Source: an uncultured Defluviitaleaceae bacterium (GTDB taxonomy: Bacteria > Bacillota > Clostridia > Lachnospirales > WRBF01). Taken from it: a stretch of DNA of 64,000 nucleotides. The stretch lies in assembly GCA_964492715.1 (NCBI GenBank), contig CAZBLK010000002.1, positions 66,896 through 130,895 of the forward strand, written 5' to 3'. Shown piece by piece: positions 10,101 to 17,490 of the stretch (the stretch's first letter is position 1; each line of letters begins with the position of its first letter). Both the position numbers and the translations under genes were made by a program. The notes under the pieces are model-generated. The model saw only the letters and a list, made by a program, of their open reading frames with translations. It did not search any database and had not been told where the DNA came from.

Positions 10101-10171
10101 TCTTGTTTATATTCTGTGAATATCCAGTTTATAAGGCGGTTAAATGGTATTTGCTTCATTCGTTCGCTCAT
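7157..10171 (-). CDS. ygfK: YgfK-type multidomain Fe-S flavoprotein oxidoreductase ('putative selenate reductase subunit YgfK' family)
   Basis: 1004-aa ORF. N-terminal dihydroorotate/dihydropyrimidine-dehydrogenase-like barrel. Cys clusters CYVAPCKNGCP and CAHPCMDKC. GltD-like dinucleotide folds IIGAGPCGLSAA and IIGAGNSAMD. C-terminal 2x[4Fe-4S] motifs CLECNYVCNICVEVCP and CNECGNCEGFCP. Confidence 0.85.
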   Translation of the reverse strand: MSERMKQIPFNRLINWIFTEYKQEGTIFGVPKSKFFVSDKEKTLAIFGKHIETPFGPAAGPHTQLAQNIVAGFLTGSRFFELKTVQTLDGPDLPVAKPCIEATDEGFNVEWSTELYVNEAFEEYVKGYFALAILTKEFGLGAKDGFAFNMSVGYDYDGITSQKINTFIEGLKNAEQTDIFKQCKNYLLENIALFENVDEAYINEISPEICKSITLSTLHGCPAGEIEKIANYLLTEKKLHTFVKMNPTILGYKTARELCDKMGYKHLVFDEHHFKNDLQFDAAISMLTRLKQTAKEQGLTFGVKLTNTFPVKIVDNRLAGEEMYMSGRGLYPLSINAALILATAFDGDLNISFSGGADAFNIDKIFEAGIFPITVATTILKPGGYLRLKQIAEKLLEKGHDVPSGINLEKLAALATEIDPNHMKQKRHVESRKINEQVPLLSCYVAPCKNGCPIHQDIPEYIKRTGNGDYLGALKVITERNAMPFTTGKICAHPCMDKCTRIDYDEPVYIRREKFVATEAAYDTLVNQVIPVKANGAKVAIIGAGPCGLSAAMFLCKSGFDVTVFEQKERLGGVVANVIPTFRIESELVAKDVELVKKHGGRFVTGFTPIFSLKTLFSGGFKYVLLAIGAGKQTLVKLADESDKTPLNVIEFLEQFRENPSVSLGKNVAIIGAGNSAMDAARAATRVNGVANVYVIYRRTMDLAPAEREEIALALIEGVKFLELTAPHSHKGGVLTCQKMKLGEKDKTGRQSPVPTDEFVTLEIDTVIGAIGERVDTTVCEKNGIEVVNGKIKANENGETSVKNVFIGGDASRGPSTIVEAMADGLAFANEVMKREKGCELPLKSFEDMAGENYDALSAKKAVLCHTLEAGSEAKRCLECNYVCNICVEVCPNRANVSVKVPQLSMSQIVHLDPLCNECGNCEGFCPYKSAPYKDKLTYFSSEDDFNESTQQGFLLIDEGKVVRVRYGESVVETSLEDDSENSHLPNPIYNVIKAFFENYSFMV

Positions 10172-10182
10172 ATAAAACCTCC

Positions 10183-11499
10183 TTACACTCTAGCCCAAAG
10201 TTTTTGTGAAAGCTCTCTTGACTTTGCAAAAATTTCTGCTTCGTCTGCCGTCAAAAGCTTTCTGTCACGCATTACAACTTTGCCGTTAATAACCGAAGTT
10301 AAAGTGCATCGCCCACTCATACCAAAAAGAATGTGCGAGTTTATGTTTGTTTCGTTAAGCGGTGTCAAAGGGTCGTACTCAACTATAATAACGTCTGCGG
10401 CATAATCTTCTTTAATTTTCCCGACATTCCCAAAGTATTTTTCGGTTATTGCACGGTTGTTTTCAAAAAGCATTTGCGGAACTTCTCCCCATGCAACGCT
10501 TGGGTTTTGCTCGTTATGCTTTTGAAAAATGTTTGCAACTTTCATAGACTCTAACATGTCGCTTGTGTAGCCGTCTGTGCCAAGCCCTGTTAAAACACCT
10601 TGCTCCATTAGCTTTAAAATTTTTGCACAGCCCACAGCGTTACCCATGTTTGACTCTGGGTTGTGTACTACTATCGTATTTGTTTTTTTAAGCAGCTCAA
10701 TTTCGTTGTCGTCTACGTGTATGCAGTGTACGGCAATTGTGTTTTCACCCAAAATGCCGCTGTCGTTAAGCCTCTCAATTACACGCTTGCCGTACTTTTC
10801 TGTGTTAAACTTTACGTCCTCAACGCCCTCTGCGGCGTGAATGTGAAAGCCTGCATAGTCTGGCTTTTTTGCAACTGCCTTCTCAAGCGTTTTGTCCGAA
10901 AGTGTAAACGCCGCATGAAGCCCAAACATTCCGGCCGTCATGCCACCGTTGTTTTCTTTTGCGTGTTTAATGAAGTTTACGTTTTCCTCAATTCCTTCAT
11001 CAGCAATTTTTTCACCGTCTCTGTCGGAAACCTCGTAGCAAAAGCACCCACGGACACCAAGCTCGTTAGCAACGTCAGCAATTGTAAACAAGCTGTTTGT
11101 AACAGAATACGCCGAAGCGTGATGGTCAAACACAGTTGTAACGCCATTTTTTATGCTGTCGGCAAACGTTGCGTATGCGCTGTATTTTACATCATCAAGG
11201 TTTAAAGCTTTGTCAATGCGCCACCACATACCCTCCAGCACTTCCCCAAAGTTTTTTGGTGAAATTCCAAGGTTTAGCCCCCTTGCAAACGCACTGTAAA
11301 TGTGGTGGTGTGTGTTTATTAAACCTGGCATAATGACGTTTCCGCAAGCGTCAATAAATTGTTCATTAGGGTATTTAGCTTGCATTTCTGCCGTTTCGCC
11401 ATAGCCTTTAATTTTTGTTCCTTCTATGTAAACTGCACCGTTTTCAAAAAACGGCTTTGCCTCATTCCTTGTAATAAGCCTTCCATTTCCAATAAGCAT
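10183..11499 (-). CDS. ssnA: SsnA-type amidohydrolase
   Basis: 438 aa from the ATG at 11499, with an AAGGAGGG RBS; the track start at 11565 lies inside a GC-rich repeat. Metal motif PGLINTHHHIYSAF and a later HxH/D set. Sits adjacent to ygfK, as in the E. coli ygf cluster. Confidence 0.8.
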   Translation of the reverse strand: MLIGNGRLITRNEAKPFFENGAVYIEGTKIKGYGETAEMQAKYPNEQFIDACGNVIMPGLINTHHHIYSAFARGLNLGISPKNFGEVLEGMWWRIDKALNLDDVKYSAYATFADSIKNGVTTVFDHHASAYSVTNSLFTIADVANELGVRGCFCYEVSDRDGEKIADEGIEENVNFIKHAKENNGGMTAGMFGLHAAFTLSDKTLEKAVAKKPDYAGFHIHAAEGVEDVKFNTEKYGKRVIERLNDSGILGENTIAVHCIHVDDNEIELLKKTNTIVVHNPESNMGNAVGCAKILKLMEQGVLTGLGTDGYTSDMLESMKVANIFQKHNEQNPSVAWGEVPQMLFENNRAITEKYFGNVGKIKEDYAADVIIVEYDPLTPLNETNINSHILFGMSGRCTLTSVINGKVVMRDRKLLTADEAEIFAKSRELSQKLWARV

Positions 11500-11518
11500 A
11501 AAACCCTCCTTAAAAAAT

Positions 11519-11573
11519 GGGTCAAGGGCAAAGCCCTTGCGGGGGTTTGGGGGCAGAGCCCCCAAAGTCTTAC
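11519..11573 (+). repeat. GC-rich double-hairpin repeat, copy 2
   Basis: GGGTCAAGGGCAAAGCCCTTGCGGGGGTTTGGGGGCAGAGCCCCCAAAGTCTTACA, lying between ygeY and ssnA. Confidence 0.9.
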
Positions 11574-11574
11574 A

Positions 11575-12786
11575 TCAGCCCTTTGCCCCCTCACAATAAA
11601 GCATTGGAATAACGGCATACATAGCCGCACACTTTACAAGCTCGTCTTTGAAAGTTTTTTCATTGGGCGCATGTGCTTGGTCTTCATGCCCCGGACCAAA
11701 CCCGACGCACGGAATGTTGTACCGCCCCATAATAGAAACGGCGTTTGTCGAAAACGTCCACTTGTCAACAAACGGCTTACTTTCAAAAAGCTGTTCATAC
11801 GACTGCACTAAAGTTTTGCAAGCAATGTGGTCTTCTGGCAAAACCCATGTAGGGAAGTAACATTCTGTTGGGTAAACAAGCCCTGTGTAAGCTGGGCGGT
11901 CGTATTCATACATTGAAACAACGGCGTTTGCTGCCTTTACAGAAGGAAGTGCTTCAATTTCTTTTATTGCGCCCTCCCATGTTTCGCCCCAAGTGAGCCT
12001 ACGGTCTACACTTATAGTACAGCTATCAGCTACAGCGCAACGACTTGGCGACGTAAAGAAAATTTCTGAAACAGTTAAGCTTCCTTTGCCTAAAAACTCA
12101 TCGTAGTGAAGCCTTGTGTGAAGCTCCTTTAACTCGTTCAAAATTGGTGCCATTTTGAAAATTGCGTTGTCGCCACGTTCTGGTGCAGAGCCGTGACAGC
12201 TTACGCCTTTTACCGTAACTTTAATTTCCATTCTGCCACGATGCCCACGGTAAATGTTGCACGAGGTTGGCTCGGTAATAACTACAAATTCTGGGCGAAT
12301 GTTGCTTTCGTTTACTATGTACTGCCAGCACAATCCGTCACAGTCTTCCTCTTGAACAGAGCCTACAACAATTAAAGTGTAGTCGTCTTCAAGCTTTAAG
12401 TCCTTTATAATTTTGCCTGCGTAAACCATTGAAGCCATGCCGCCCTCTTGGTCGGAGCCACCACGCCCAACAATTACGTTGTCGTCCTCTGCACCCTCGT
12501 AAGGGTCGTAGTCCCAAAGCGAAATGTCGCCTATACCAACTGTGTCTATGTGTGCGTCCATTGCAATTACGTGTTTGCCGTGCCCTATGTAGCCAAGCAC
12601 GTTGCCCATTTTATCAATTTCAACTTTGTCAAAGCCGACATGTTCCATTTCTTCCTTTATGCGTAGCACAACTTTTTCTTCGTTACAGCTTTCGCTTGGA
12701 ATTGCAATCATATCTCGCAAAAATTTTGTCATGTTTGGCTTGTAGCTTTCGGCTAGTTCTAAAACTTTTTTAAAATCTATTGACAT
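11575..12786 (-). CDS. ygeY: YgeY-type M20 family metallohydrolase (deacylase/carbamoylase-like)
   Basis: 403 aa from the ATG at 12786, with a GGAGGTG RBS. M20 motifs: [19 protein letters not shown] and QEEDCDG. Confidence 0.85.
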   Translation of the reverse strand: MSIDFKKVLELAESYKPNMTKFLRDMIAIPSESCNEEKVVLRIKEEMEHVGFDKVEIDKMGNVLGYIGHGKHVIAMDAHIDTVGIGDISLWDYDPYEGAEDDNVIVGRGGSDQEGGMASMVYAGKIIKDLKLEDDYTLIVVGSVQEEDCDGLCWQYIVNESNIRPEFVVITEPTSCNIYRGHRGRMEIKVTVKGVSCHGSAPERGDNAIFKMAPILNELKELHTRLHYDEFLGKGSLTVSEIFFTSPSRCAVADSCTISVDRRLTWGETWEGAIKEIEALPSVKAANAVVSMYEYDRPAYTGLVYPTECYFPTWVLPEDHIACKTLVQSYEQLFESKPFVDKWTFSTNAVSIMGRYNIPCVGFGPGHEDQAHAPNEKTFKDELVKCAAMYAVIPMLYCEGAKG

Positions 12787-12810
12787 TTTTAACACCTCCA
12801 TTTAAACGCA

Positions 12811-14001
12811 CTATTCAAAAAACCTTGCTGGCTTTTGGCTTGCCATTTTTGCAAGCATTTCCGCTGGGTTTTTCACCTTTGAAAGGAAAATCATTGCGGC
12901 GATAATATAAGGCTTGTAACCTGCTTGCTTGTAAAGCGGAACACGGTATCTGTCAAAAACAGAAGCCGCAACCTCGCCTTGTTTGCACGAAACGTCTGTT
13001 ATGTCGGCAGGCAAGCAGTGCATGTATAACGCTTTTCCGTCTTTTGTAAGCTGCATCATTTCTTCGGTACATTCCCAGTCCTTGTGGTTTGCGTTTTGTG
13101 CAAGAAGTTCTTTTTCTAAAGCTTTTATACCGTCAAAGTCGTTGTCTGCGTAAAGGTTTGTGCGTTTTTCCATTGCCGCAAAAGGCGCCCAGCTTTTTGG
13201 GTAAACAATGTCTGCGCCAGAAAACGCCGATTTCATGTCATTTGACTTTACAAACTTGCCGCCTGTAGCTTCTGCATTTTTTGAAGCAATTGCTAAAACC
13301 TCTGGCATAATTTCGTAGCCCTCTGGGTGCGCAAGGTGAACTTCCATTCCAAAGCGTGTCATAAGCCCAACAATGCCTTGCGGAACGGAAAGCGGCTTGC
13401 CGTAAGACGGAGAATAAGCCCACGTCATTGCAACTTTTTTGCCTTTCAAGTTTTCCACGCCGCCGAAGTGGTTTATAATGTGCAGCATATCAGCCATTGA
13501 CTGCGTTGGGTGGTCGATGTCGCATTGCAGGTTTACAAGCGTTGGGCGTTGTTCCAAAACGCCATCTTTAAAGCCTTCTTGAACAGCTTGCGAAACTTCT
13601 TTCATGTATGTATGGCCTTTGCCTATGTACATGTCGTCACGAATGCCTATTACGTCTGCCATAAACGAAACCATGTTTGCCGTTTCACGCACAGTTTCGC
13701 CGTGGGCTATTTGGCTTTTGCCCTCGTCTAGGTCTTGCACTTCAAGCCCTAAAAGGTTGCACGCACTTGCAAACGAAAAGCGTGTGCGTGTCGAGTTGTC
13801 ACGGAACAGTGAAATACCTAGTCCGCTGTCGAAAATTTTTGGGCTTATGTTTTCCTCACGGAGTTTGCGGAGTGCGTCTGCTACGGCGTAAACAGCGTGA
13901 ATTTCGTCGTCTGTTTTGTCCCAAGTAAGGAAAAAGTCGTTTTGGTACATTTCCTTAAAGTTTAAAGTGTTTAGTTTGTTGGTGTATGTTTCTATGCTCA
14001 T
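12811..14001 (-). CDS. ygeW: YgeW-type knotted carbamoyltransferase
   Basis: 396-aa ORF. Transcarbamylase signature FRDNSTRTRFSFASA, HPTQSMAD and a C-terminal HCLPA. N-terminal FFLTWDKT typical of YgeW. AGGAGGAAC RBS. Confidence 0.85.
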   Translation of the reverse strand: MSIETYTNKLNTLNFKEMYQNDFFLTWDKTDDEIHAVYAVADALRKLREENISPKIFDSGLGISLFRDNSTRTRFSFASACNLLGLEVQDLDEGKSQIAHGETVRETANMVSFMADVIGIRDDMYIGKGHTYMKEVSQAVQEGFKDGVLEQRPTLVNLQCDIDHPTQSMADMLHIINHFGGVENLKGKKVAMTWAYSPSYGKPLSVPQGIVGLMTRFGMEVHLAHPEGYEIMPEVLAIASKNAEATGGKFVKSNDMKSAFSGADIVYPKSWAPFAAMEKRTNLYADNDFDGIKALEKELLAQNANHKDWECTEEMMQLTKDGKALYMHCLPADITDVSCKQGEVAASVFDRYRVPLYKQAGYKPYIIAAMIFLSKVKNPAEMLAKMASQKPARFFE

Positions 14002-14029
14002 GGTTGTTCCTCCTTGTTAGTTGAAAAGA

Positions 14030-14085
14030 TTAAGACCTTGGGGGCTCTGCCCCCAAACCCCCGCAAGGGGCTTGCCCCTTGACCC
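14030..14085 (-). repeat. GC-rich double-hairpin repeat, copy 3 (inverted orientation)
   Basis: TTAAGACCTTGGGGGCTCTGCCCCCAAACCCCCGCAAGGGGCTTGCCCCTTGACCC, the reverse complement of copy 1. Confidence 0.9.
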
Positions 14086-14104
14086 TTTTTTAAAAAAGAT
14101 GGGT

Positions 14105-14149
14105 TGTAAAAAAGCGGCTTTACTTTGTTTATCTTTAAGTAAAACCGCT
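14105..14149 (-). terminator. Intrinsic terminator after the carbamate kinase gene, inside block I
   Basis: Arms AGCGGCTTTAC (14113-14123) and GTAAAACCGCT (14139-14149), 10/11 paired. TTTTT follows on the minus strand, and a T-run is also present on the plus side. Confidence 0.55.
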
Positions 14150-14182
14150 GTGTTTTTGCGTTTAATAATTACCGTTTAACAA

Positions 14183-15118
14183 TTACATAGTTATCCTAGT
14201 TCCTGTTTGTCCTGCTATGCCTTCTTTAGCTTTTTCCAAAAGTGTAATAAGAGCAGTTCTGTCTTTGCCTGATTTTGCAAATTTAACAGCCGCTTCAATT
14301 TTTGGAAGCATAGAGCCTGGGGCAAAGTGACCTTCCTTGCAATATTGTTCTGCTTGTTCAACTGTTATTTCGTCAAGCCATTTTACATCTGGCTTGCCAA
14401 AGTTTATAGCTGCTTTTTCAACTGCTGTAAGAATAATTAAAGCGTCTGCGTTGATAAGTTGTGCAAGAAGTGCTGAAGCAAAGTCTTTGTCAACGACAGC
14501 TTGTGCGCCGTTTAGGCGGTTGTCGTCACCGAGTGTTACTGGTATGCCACCACCACCAACTGTAATTACAAGCTGGCCAGCTTCAATTAAAGCTTTTACA
14601 GTGTCCTTTTCAATTACGTCAATAGGCTTTGGCGAAGCAATTACTTGGCGATAGCCACGCCCTGCATCTTCCTTCATTGGAACGCCTTTTTTTGTAAACT
14701 CGTCGGCTTCTTCCTTTGTGTAAAACCTTCCAATAGGCTTCGTTGGGTTTTGGAATTCGGGGGCGTCTTTGTCAACTAAAGTTTGAGTAATAATTGTAGC
14801 AACAGGCATGTTTATTTTGCGAGCCAAAAGTTCTTCACGCAAAGCGTTTTGCAAGTCATACCCAATGTAGCCTTGGCTCATTGCAACGCACATTGACATA
14901 GGCATTTTGTCAAACTTAGGGTCGGCAGTAGCCGCAATGTCCATAGCAAGGTTTATCATGCCAACCTGCGGTCCATTACCATGGGAAACAACAACTTGGT
15001 GCCCTTCTTCAATTAAGTCAACGATAGCCTTTGATGTAATTCTTACGGCTTCCATTTGTTCCTTTAGGTTGTTTCCAAGAGCGTTGCCGCCAAGTGCGAT
15101 TACAATTTTTTTACCCAA
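14183..15118 (-). CDS. arcC: Carbamate kinase
   Basis: 311 aa from the TTG at 15118, with an AGGAGGG RBS 6 nt upstream. KIVIALGGNALG and HGNGPQVG motifs. Equivalent to E. coli yqeA. Confidence 0.9.
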   Translation of the reverse strand: MGKKIVIALGGNALGNNLKEQMEAVRITSKAIVDLIEEGHQVVVSHGNGPQVGMINLAMDIAATADPKFDKMPMSMCVAMSQGYIGYDLQNALREELLARKINMPVATIITQTLVDKDAPEFQNPTKPIGRFYTKEEADEFTKKGVPMKEDAGRGYRQVIASPKPIDVIEKDTVKALIEAGQLVITVGGGGIPVTLGDDNRLNGAQAVVDKDFASALLAQLINADALIILTAVEKAAINFGKPDVKWLDEITVEQAEQYCKEGHFAPGSMLPKIEAAVKFAKSGKDRTALITLLEKAKEGIAGQTGTRITM

Positions 15119-15321
15119 AAAAATCCCTCCTAGAATATGTAAAAACAATTGCTATAAATTGTTATATATGTTGTAATAATAATTTATTATAATGTATTTG
15201 TCAAGATAATTTTTTATCATTGAGCAAAATTTTTTATGTTATTTGTCGGTTATATGGATTAACAAGATTAAATTTTCAGTAAACTTTTACATTAAATTTG
15301 TTTAGTCTTTTTATAATGCGC

Positions 15322-15486
15322 AAAATAAAACCTGGAATCTCAGGGGGGGTTGAGGCTCCAGGTTGAGGGGGAATATGCTTATGGCATACCATAAGCTTGT
15401 TTGGTACTGTCTAACTCCTGTATAGGCTTGCTCTGCAAAAGCCGTAACTGGAATTAGTTTACAATAATAATAATTTCCGTTTTTTG
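15322..15486. ncRNA. Orphan structured intergenic element; candidate small RNA, strand unresolved
   Basis: Lies between divergent genes. Minus-strand terminator-like hairpin at 15331-15362 followed by a TTTTATTTT tail. Perfect 8-bp hairpin GCTTATGG-CATA-CCATAAGC at 15377-15396. 5-bp hairpin at 15425-15443. Plus-strand hairpin at 15450-15478 followed by T6. Confidence 0.25.
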
Positions 15487-15588
15487 AAAATTTATACATA
15501 AATAATAAAAATTTTATATTTACTAAAGGCACAAACACAAGCCCTTGAATATTATAAAAAATAGTATGTCAAAAACAGGAGGGCAAAT

Positions 15589-16038
15589 ATGAAAAAACTT
15601 GACCCAAATAAAGTTTTTGTGCAGTATCGAGGAATGATAGTGACACCATACGACCCAGTGAACGAAAGAAAGTACACAATTACACATTCCGACAAGACAG
15701 CCGAACTTTTTGTGTTTGTAGGAAACGAATATGCAACAGACCAAGCTACAAAAATGCGTGATGACGTAAGGATTCAGTGGGTAAAAACAAAATTCGGGCT
15801 TGCGCTTGCAGGAGTAGTTATTGTGGACGGAGAAGGCGTAATTGGGAATGCTGCCATGCGGAACAGAATTTTCCTAAAAGAAATGCCGACTGCTCTGCAA
15901 GCATTGCGCCAAGCCGACAGGTTTTTGTTTAAGCAAAGGCCTGCTCTTGACAAGGCTAATGTTTACATTAAATTTGCTTCAACTCTGCCTGCTTTTGATA
16001 GGACGTATAGCTTTGGGGAAATTGGGTTTTATAGGTGA
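15589..16038 (+). CDS. Staygreen (SGR) family protein, bacterial homologue of the plant Mg-dechelatase
   Basis: 149-aa ORF with a GGAGGG RBS. By eye it aligns to plant SGR core blocks: RKYTITHSDKTAELFVFVG (plant RTYTLTHSDITAKLTLAIS), MRDDVRIQWVK (YRDEVVAEWKK) and RNRIFLKEMPTALQALRQAD...VYIKFAS (FRYFIFCKELPVVLKAFVHGD...VWVYFHS). Confidence 0.8.
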   Translation: MKKLDPNKVFVQYRGMIVTPYDPVNERKYTITHSDKTAELFVFVGNEYATDQATKMRDDVRIQWVKTKFGLALAGVVIVDGEGVIGNAAMRNRIFLKEMPTALQALRQADRFLFKQRPALDKANVYIKFASTLPAFDRTYSFGEIGFYR

Positions 16039-16041
16039 GGG

Positions 16042-16093
16042 TTAAAACCTGGGGGCTCTGCCCCCAACCCCTCAAGGCGCTTACCCCTTGACC
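16042..16093 (-). repeat. GC-rich double-hairpin repeat, copy 4 (inverted, diverged)
   Basis: TTAAAACCTGGGGGCTCTGCCCCCAACCCCTCAAGGCGCTTACCCCTTGACCA, between two convergent genes. Confidence 0.85.
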
Positions 16094-16115
16094 ATTTTTT
16101 TACTTAGAGTTTTAT

Positions 16116-17372
16116 CTAGTTTTTAGGTTCAATTACAACCTTCAATTTTTCAATCCTGTTTTTATCAACTTCATGTACAATAAACTTAACGTCGCCTTCT
16201 ATAATGAACTCATTCTTTCCTGGAATGTGCCCTACAACTCCGCTAAAATAACCGCCAATCGAGTCAAAATCTTCCGATTCTATTGAGGTGTTAAAAAAGT
16301 CGTTAACGTCATTTATTTTTGTTTCACCAAGCACAATGTACTCGTTGTCAGAAATTGTTTCAATTTCCTGCTCAAAGTCGTCAAACTCGTCTGCAATGTC
16401 ACCAACAATTTCTTCTATCAAGTCTTCAAGTGTAACAATGCCAGACGTTCCGCCGTATTCGTCAAGAATTACAGCCATCAAAACAGAGTTTGCACGCATA
16501 GTTGCAAAAAGCTCTCTCGTAGGCTTTGACTCATAGGTAAAAAACGGCTCACGCATGTAGTCGTCAAGCTTAAAGGTTTGCTTGTCGGTAAACGCAAAGT
16601 CCCTAAGCTGCAAAATGCCTACAATGTCGTCCGTGCTTTCTTTATATACAGGAAGCCGTGAAAAACGCTCGGTTTTAAACGCTTCCATTATTTCGTCGTA
16701 AGTCGCTTCATAATTTATTGCAGTAATGTCTGTACGTGGCGTCATTACGTCTTTTGCAACAAAGTCGCCAAAGTCAAACACGTTGTTAATCATTTCTTGC
16801 TCGTCGTTCATTAAAACGCCTTCTTCAAGGCTTACGTTTACCATTGTTTTAAGCTCGGCTTCTGTAACAAGAGGTACGTCTTTATGATAGTCGCCGCCCA
16901 AAAGCTTAATTAAAAATGCCGAAATAGCCGACAAAATGTTTACAAACGGAGTAAACACAAAAAGGCAAACCCTAATTGGCGCAGCAACTAAAAGTGCAAT
17001 TTTTTCGGCATCACCTGCCGCATACGTTTTTGGCGTAATTTCGCAAAAAACCAAAACTATAAATGTAAGTGCAACAGTAGAAATGCTAAGTGCTTTGCTG
17101 TTGTTGCCCCAAAGCTGCATCGAAATAGAAGTTGTAAGAGCCGATGCCGCAATGTTTACCAAATTATTTCCTATCAATATGGCACTTAGCAGTTTTTTGG
17201 GGTTTTCCAATGCTTTTTGAATAGAAGCTGCGCCTTTTAACCCTTCTTCCACCATGTTCCGAACACGAATTTTGCTTACAGTTGTAAGCGCCGTTTCAGA
17301 AATTGAAAAGAAAGCGGACAAAAACAACAAGCTAATTAGCCCAAAAAACTGCTGCCAACTGCCAGGTTCCAC
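16116..17372 (-). CDS. CNNM/HlyC-CorC family membrane protein (DUF21, CBS pair and CorC_HlyC domains)
   Basis: 418-aa ORF. N-terminal 4-TM DUF21 region, a CBS pair (DVMTPRTDI...) and a C-terminal CorC_HlyC-like domain. Confidence 0.85.
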   Translation of the reverse strand: MEPGSWQQFFGLISLLFLSAFFSISETALTTVSKIRVRNMVEEGLKGAASIQKALENPKKLLSAILIGNNLVNIAASALTTSISMQLWGNNSKALSISTVALTFIVLVFCEITPKTYAAGDAEKIALLVAAPIRVCLFVFTPFVNILSAISAFLIKLLGGDYHKDVPLVTEAELKTMVNVSLEEGVLMNDEQEMINNVFDFGDFVAKDVMTPRTDITAINYEATYDEIMEAFKTERFSRLPVYKESTDDIVGILQLRDFAFTDKQTFKLDDYMREPFFTYESKPTRELFATMRANSVLMAVILDEYGGTSGIVTLEDLIEEIVGDIADEFDDFEQEIETISDNEYIVLGETKINDVNDFFNTSIESEDFDSIGGYFSGVVGHIPGKNEFIIEGDVKFIVHEVDKNRIEKLKVVIEPKN

Positions 17373-17460
17373 ATAATCACCCTTTTTTGTTTGAATTTAC
17401 TTAGAATTATACCATAAAATGGGTAAATTGCAATAGTTATTATACCCATATTATAACTAT

Positions 17461-17484
17461 ACGGGCGACTTTTCAGCCGCCCGT
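17461..17484 (-). terminator. Hairpin downstream of htpG
   Basis: ACGGGCG / CGCCCGT 7-bp stem located 7 nt after the htpG stop. The T-tail is weak. Confidence 0.4.
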
Positions 17485-17490
17485 AATTAT

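Noticed and set aside
7157-10171. Selenocysteine (in-frame TGA) in ygfK, the xdh genes or their neighbours
   Set aside because: All of these genes are single uninterrupted ORFs of the expected length, and no pair of adjacent same-frame ORFs is separated by TGA. Selenium in this enzyme family is expected as a labile cofactor ligand, not as Sec.
10183-11565. Track-predicted long N-termini of ssnA (MGALPPNPRKGFALDP...), of trkA (23081-23851, MVHPLQGFGDRVP...) and of ORF 11424-11630
   Set aside because: These extensions are translations of the GC-rich repeat. Internal ATGs with good RBSs (11499 and 23767) give proteins that start at the conserved family N-termini.
15311-15538. 75-aa and 73-aa minus-strand ORFs (15311-15538 and 15523-15744)
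   Set aside because: They have no RBS and implausible composition, and they overlap the structured non-coding element and the SGR gene start. Treated as non-coding.
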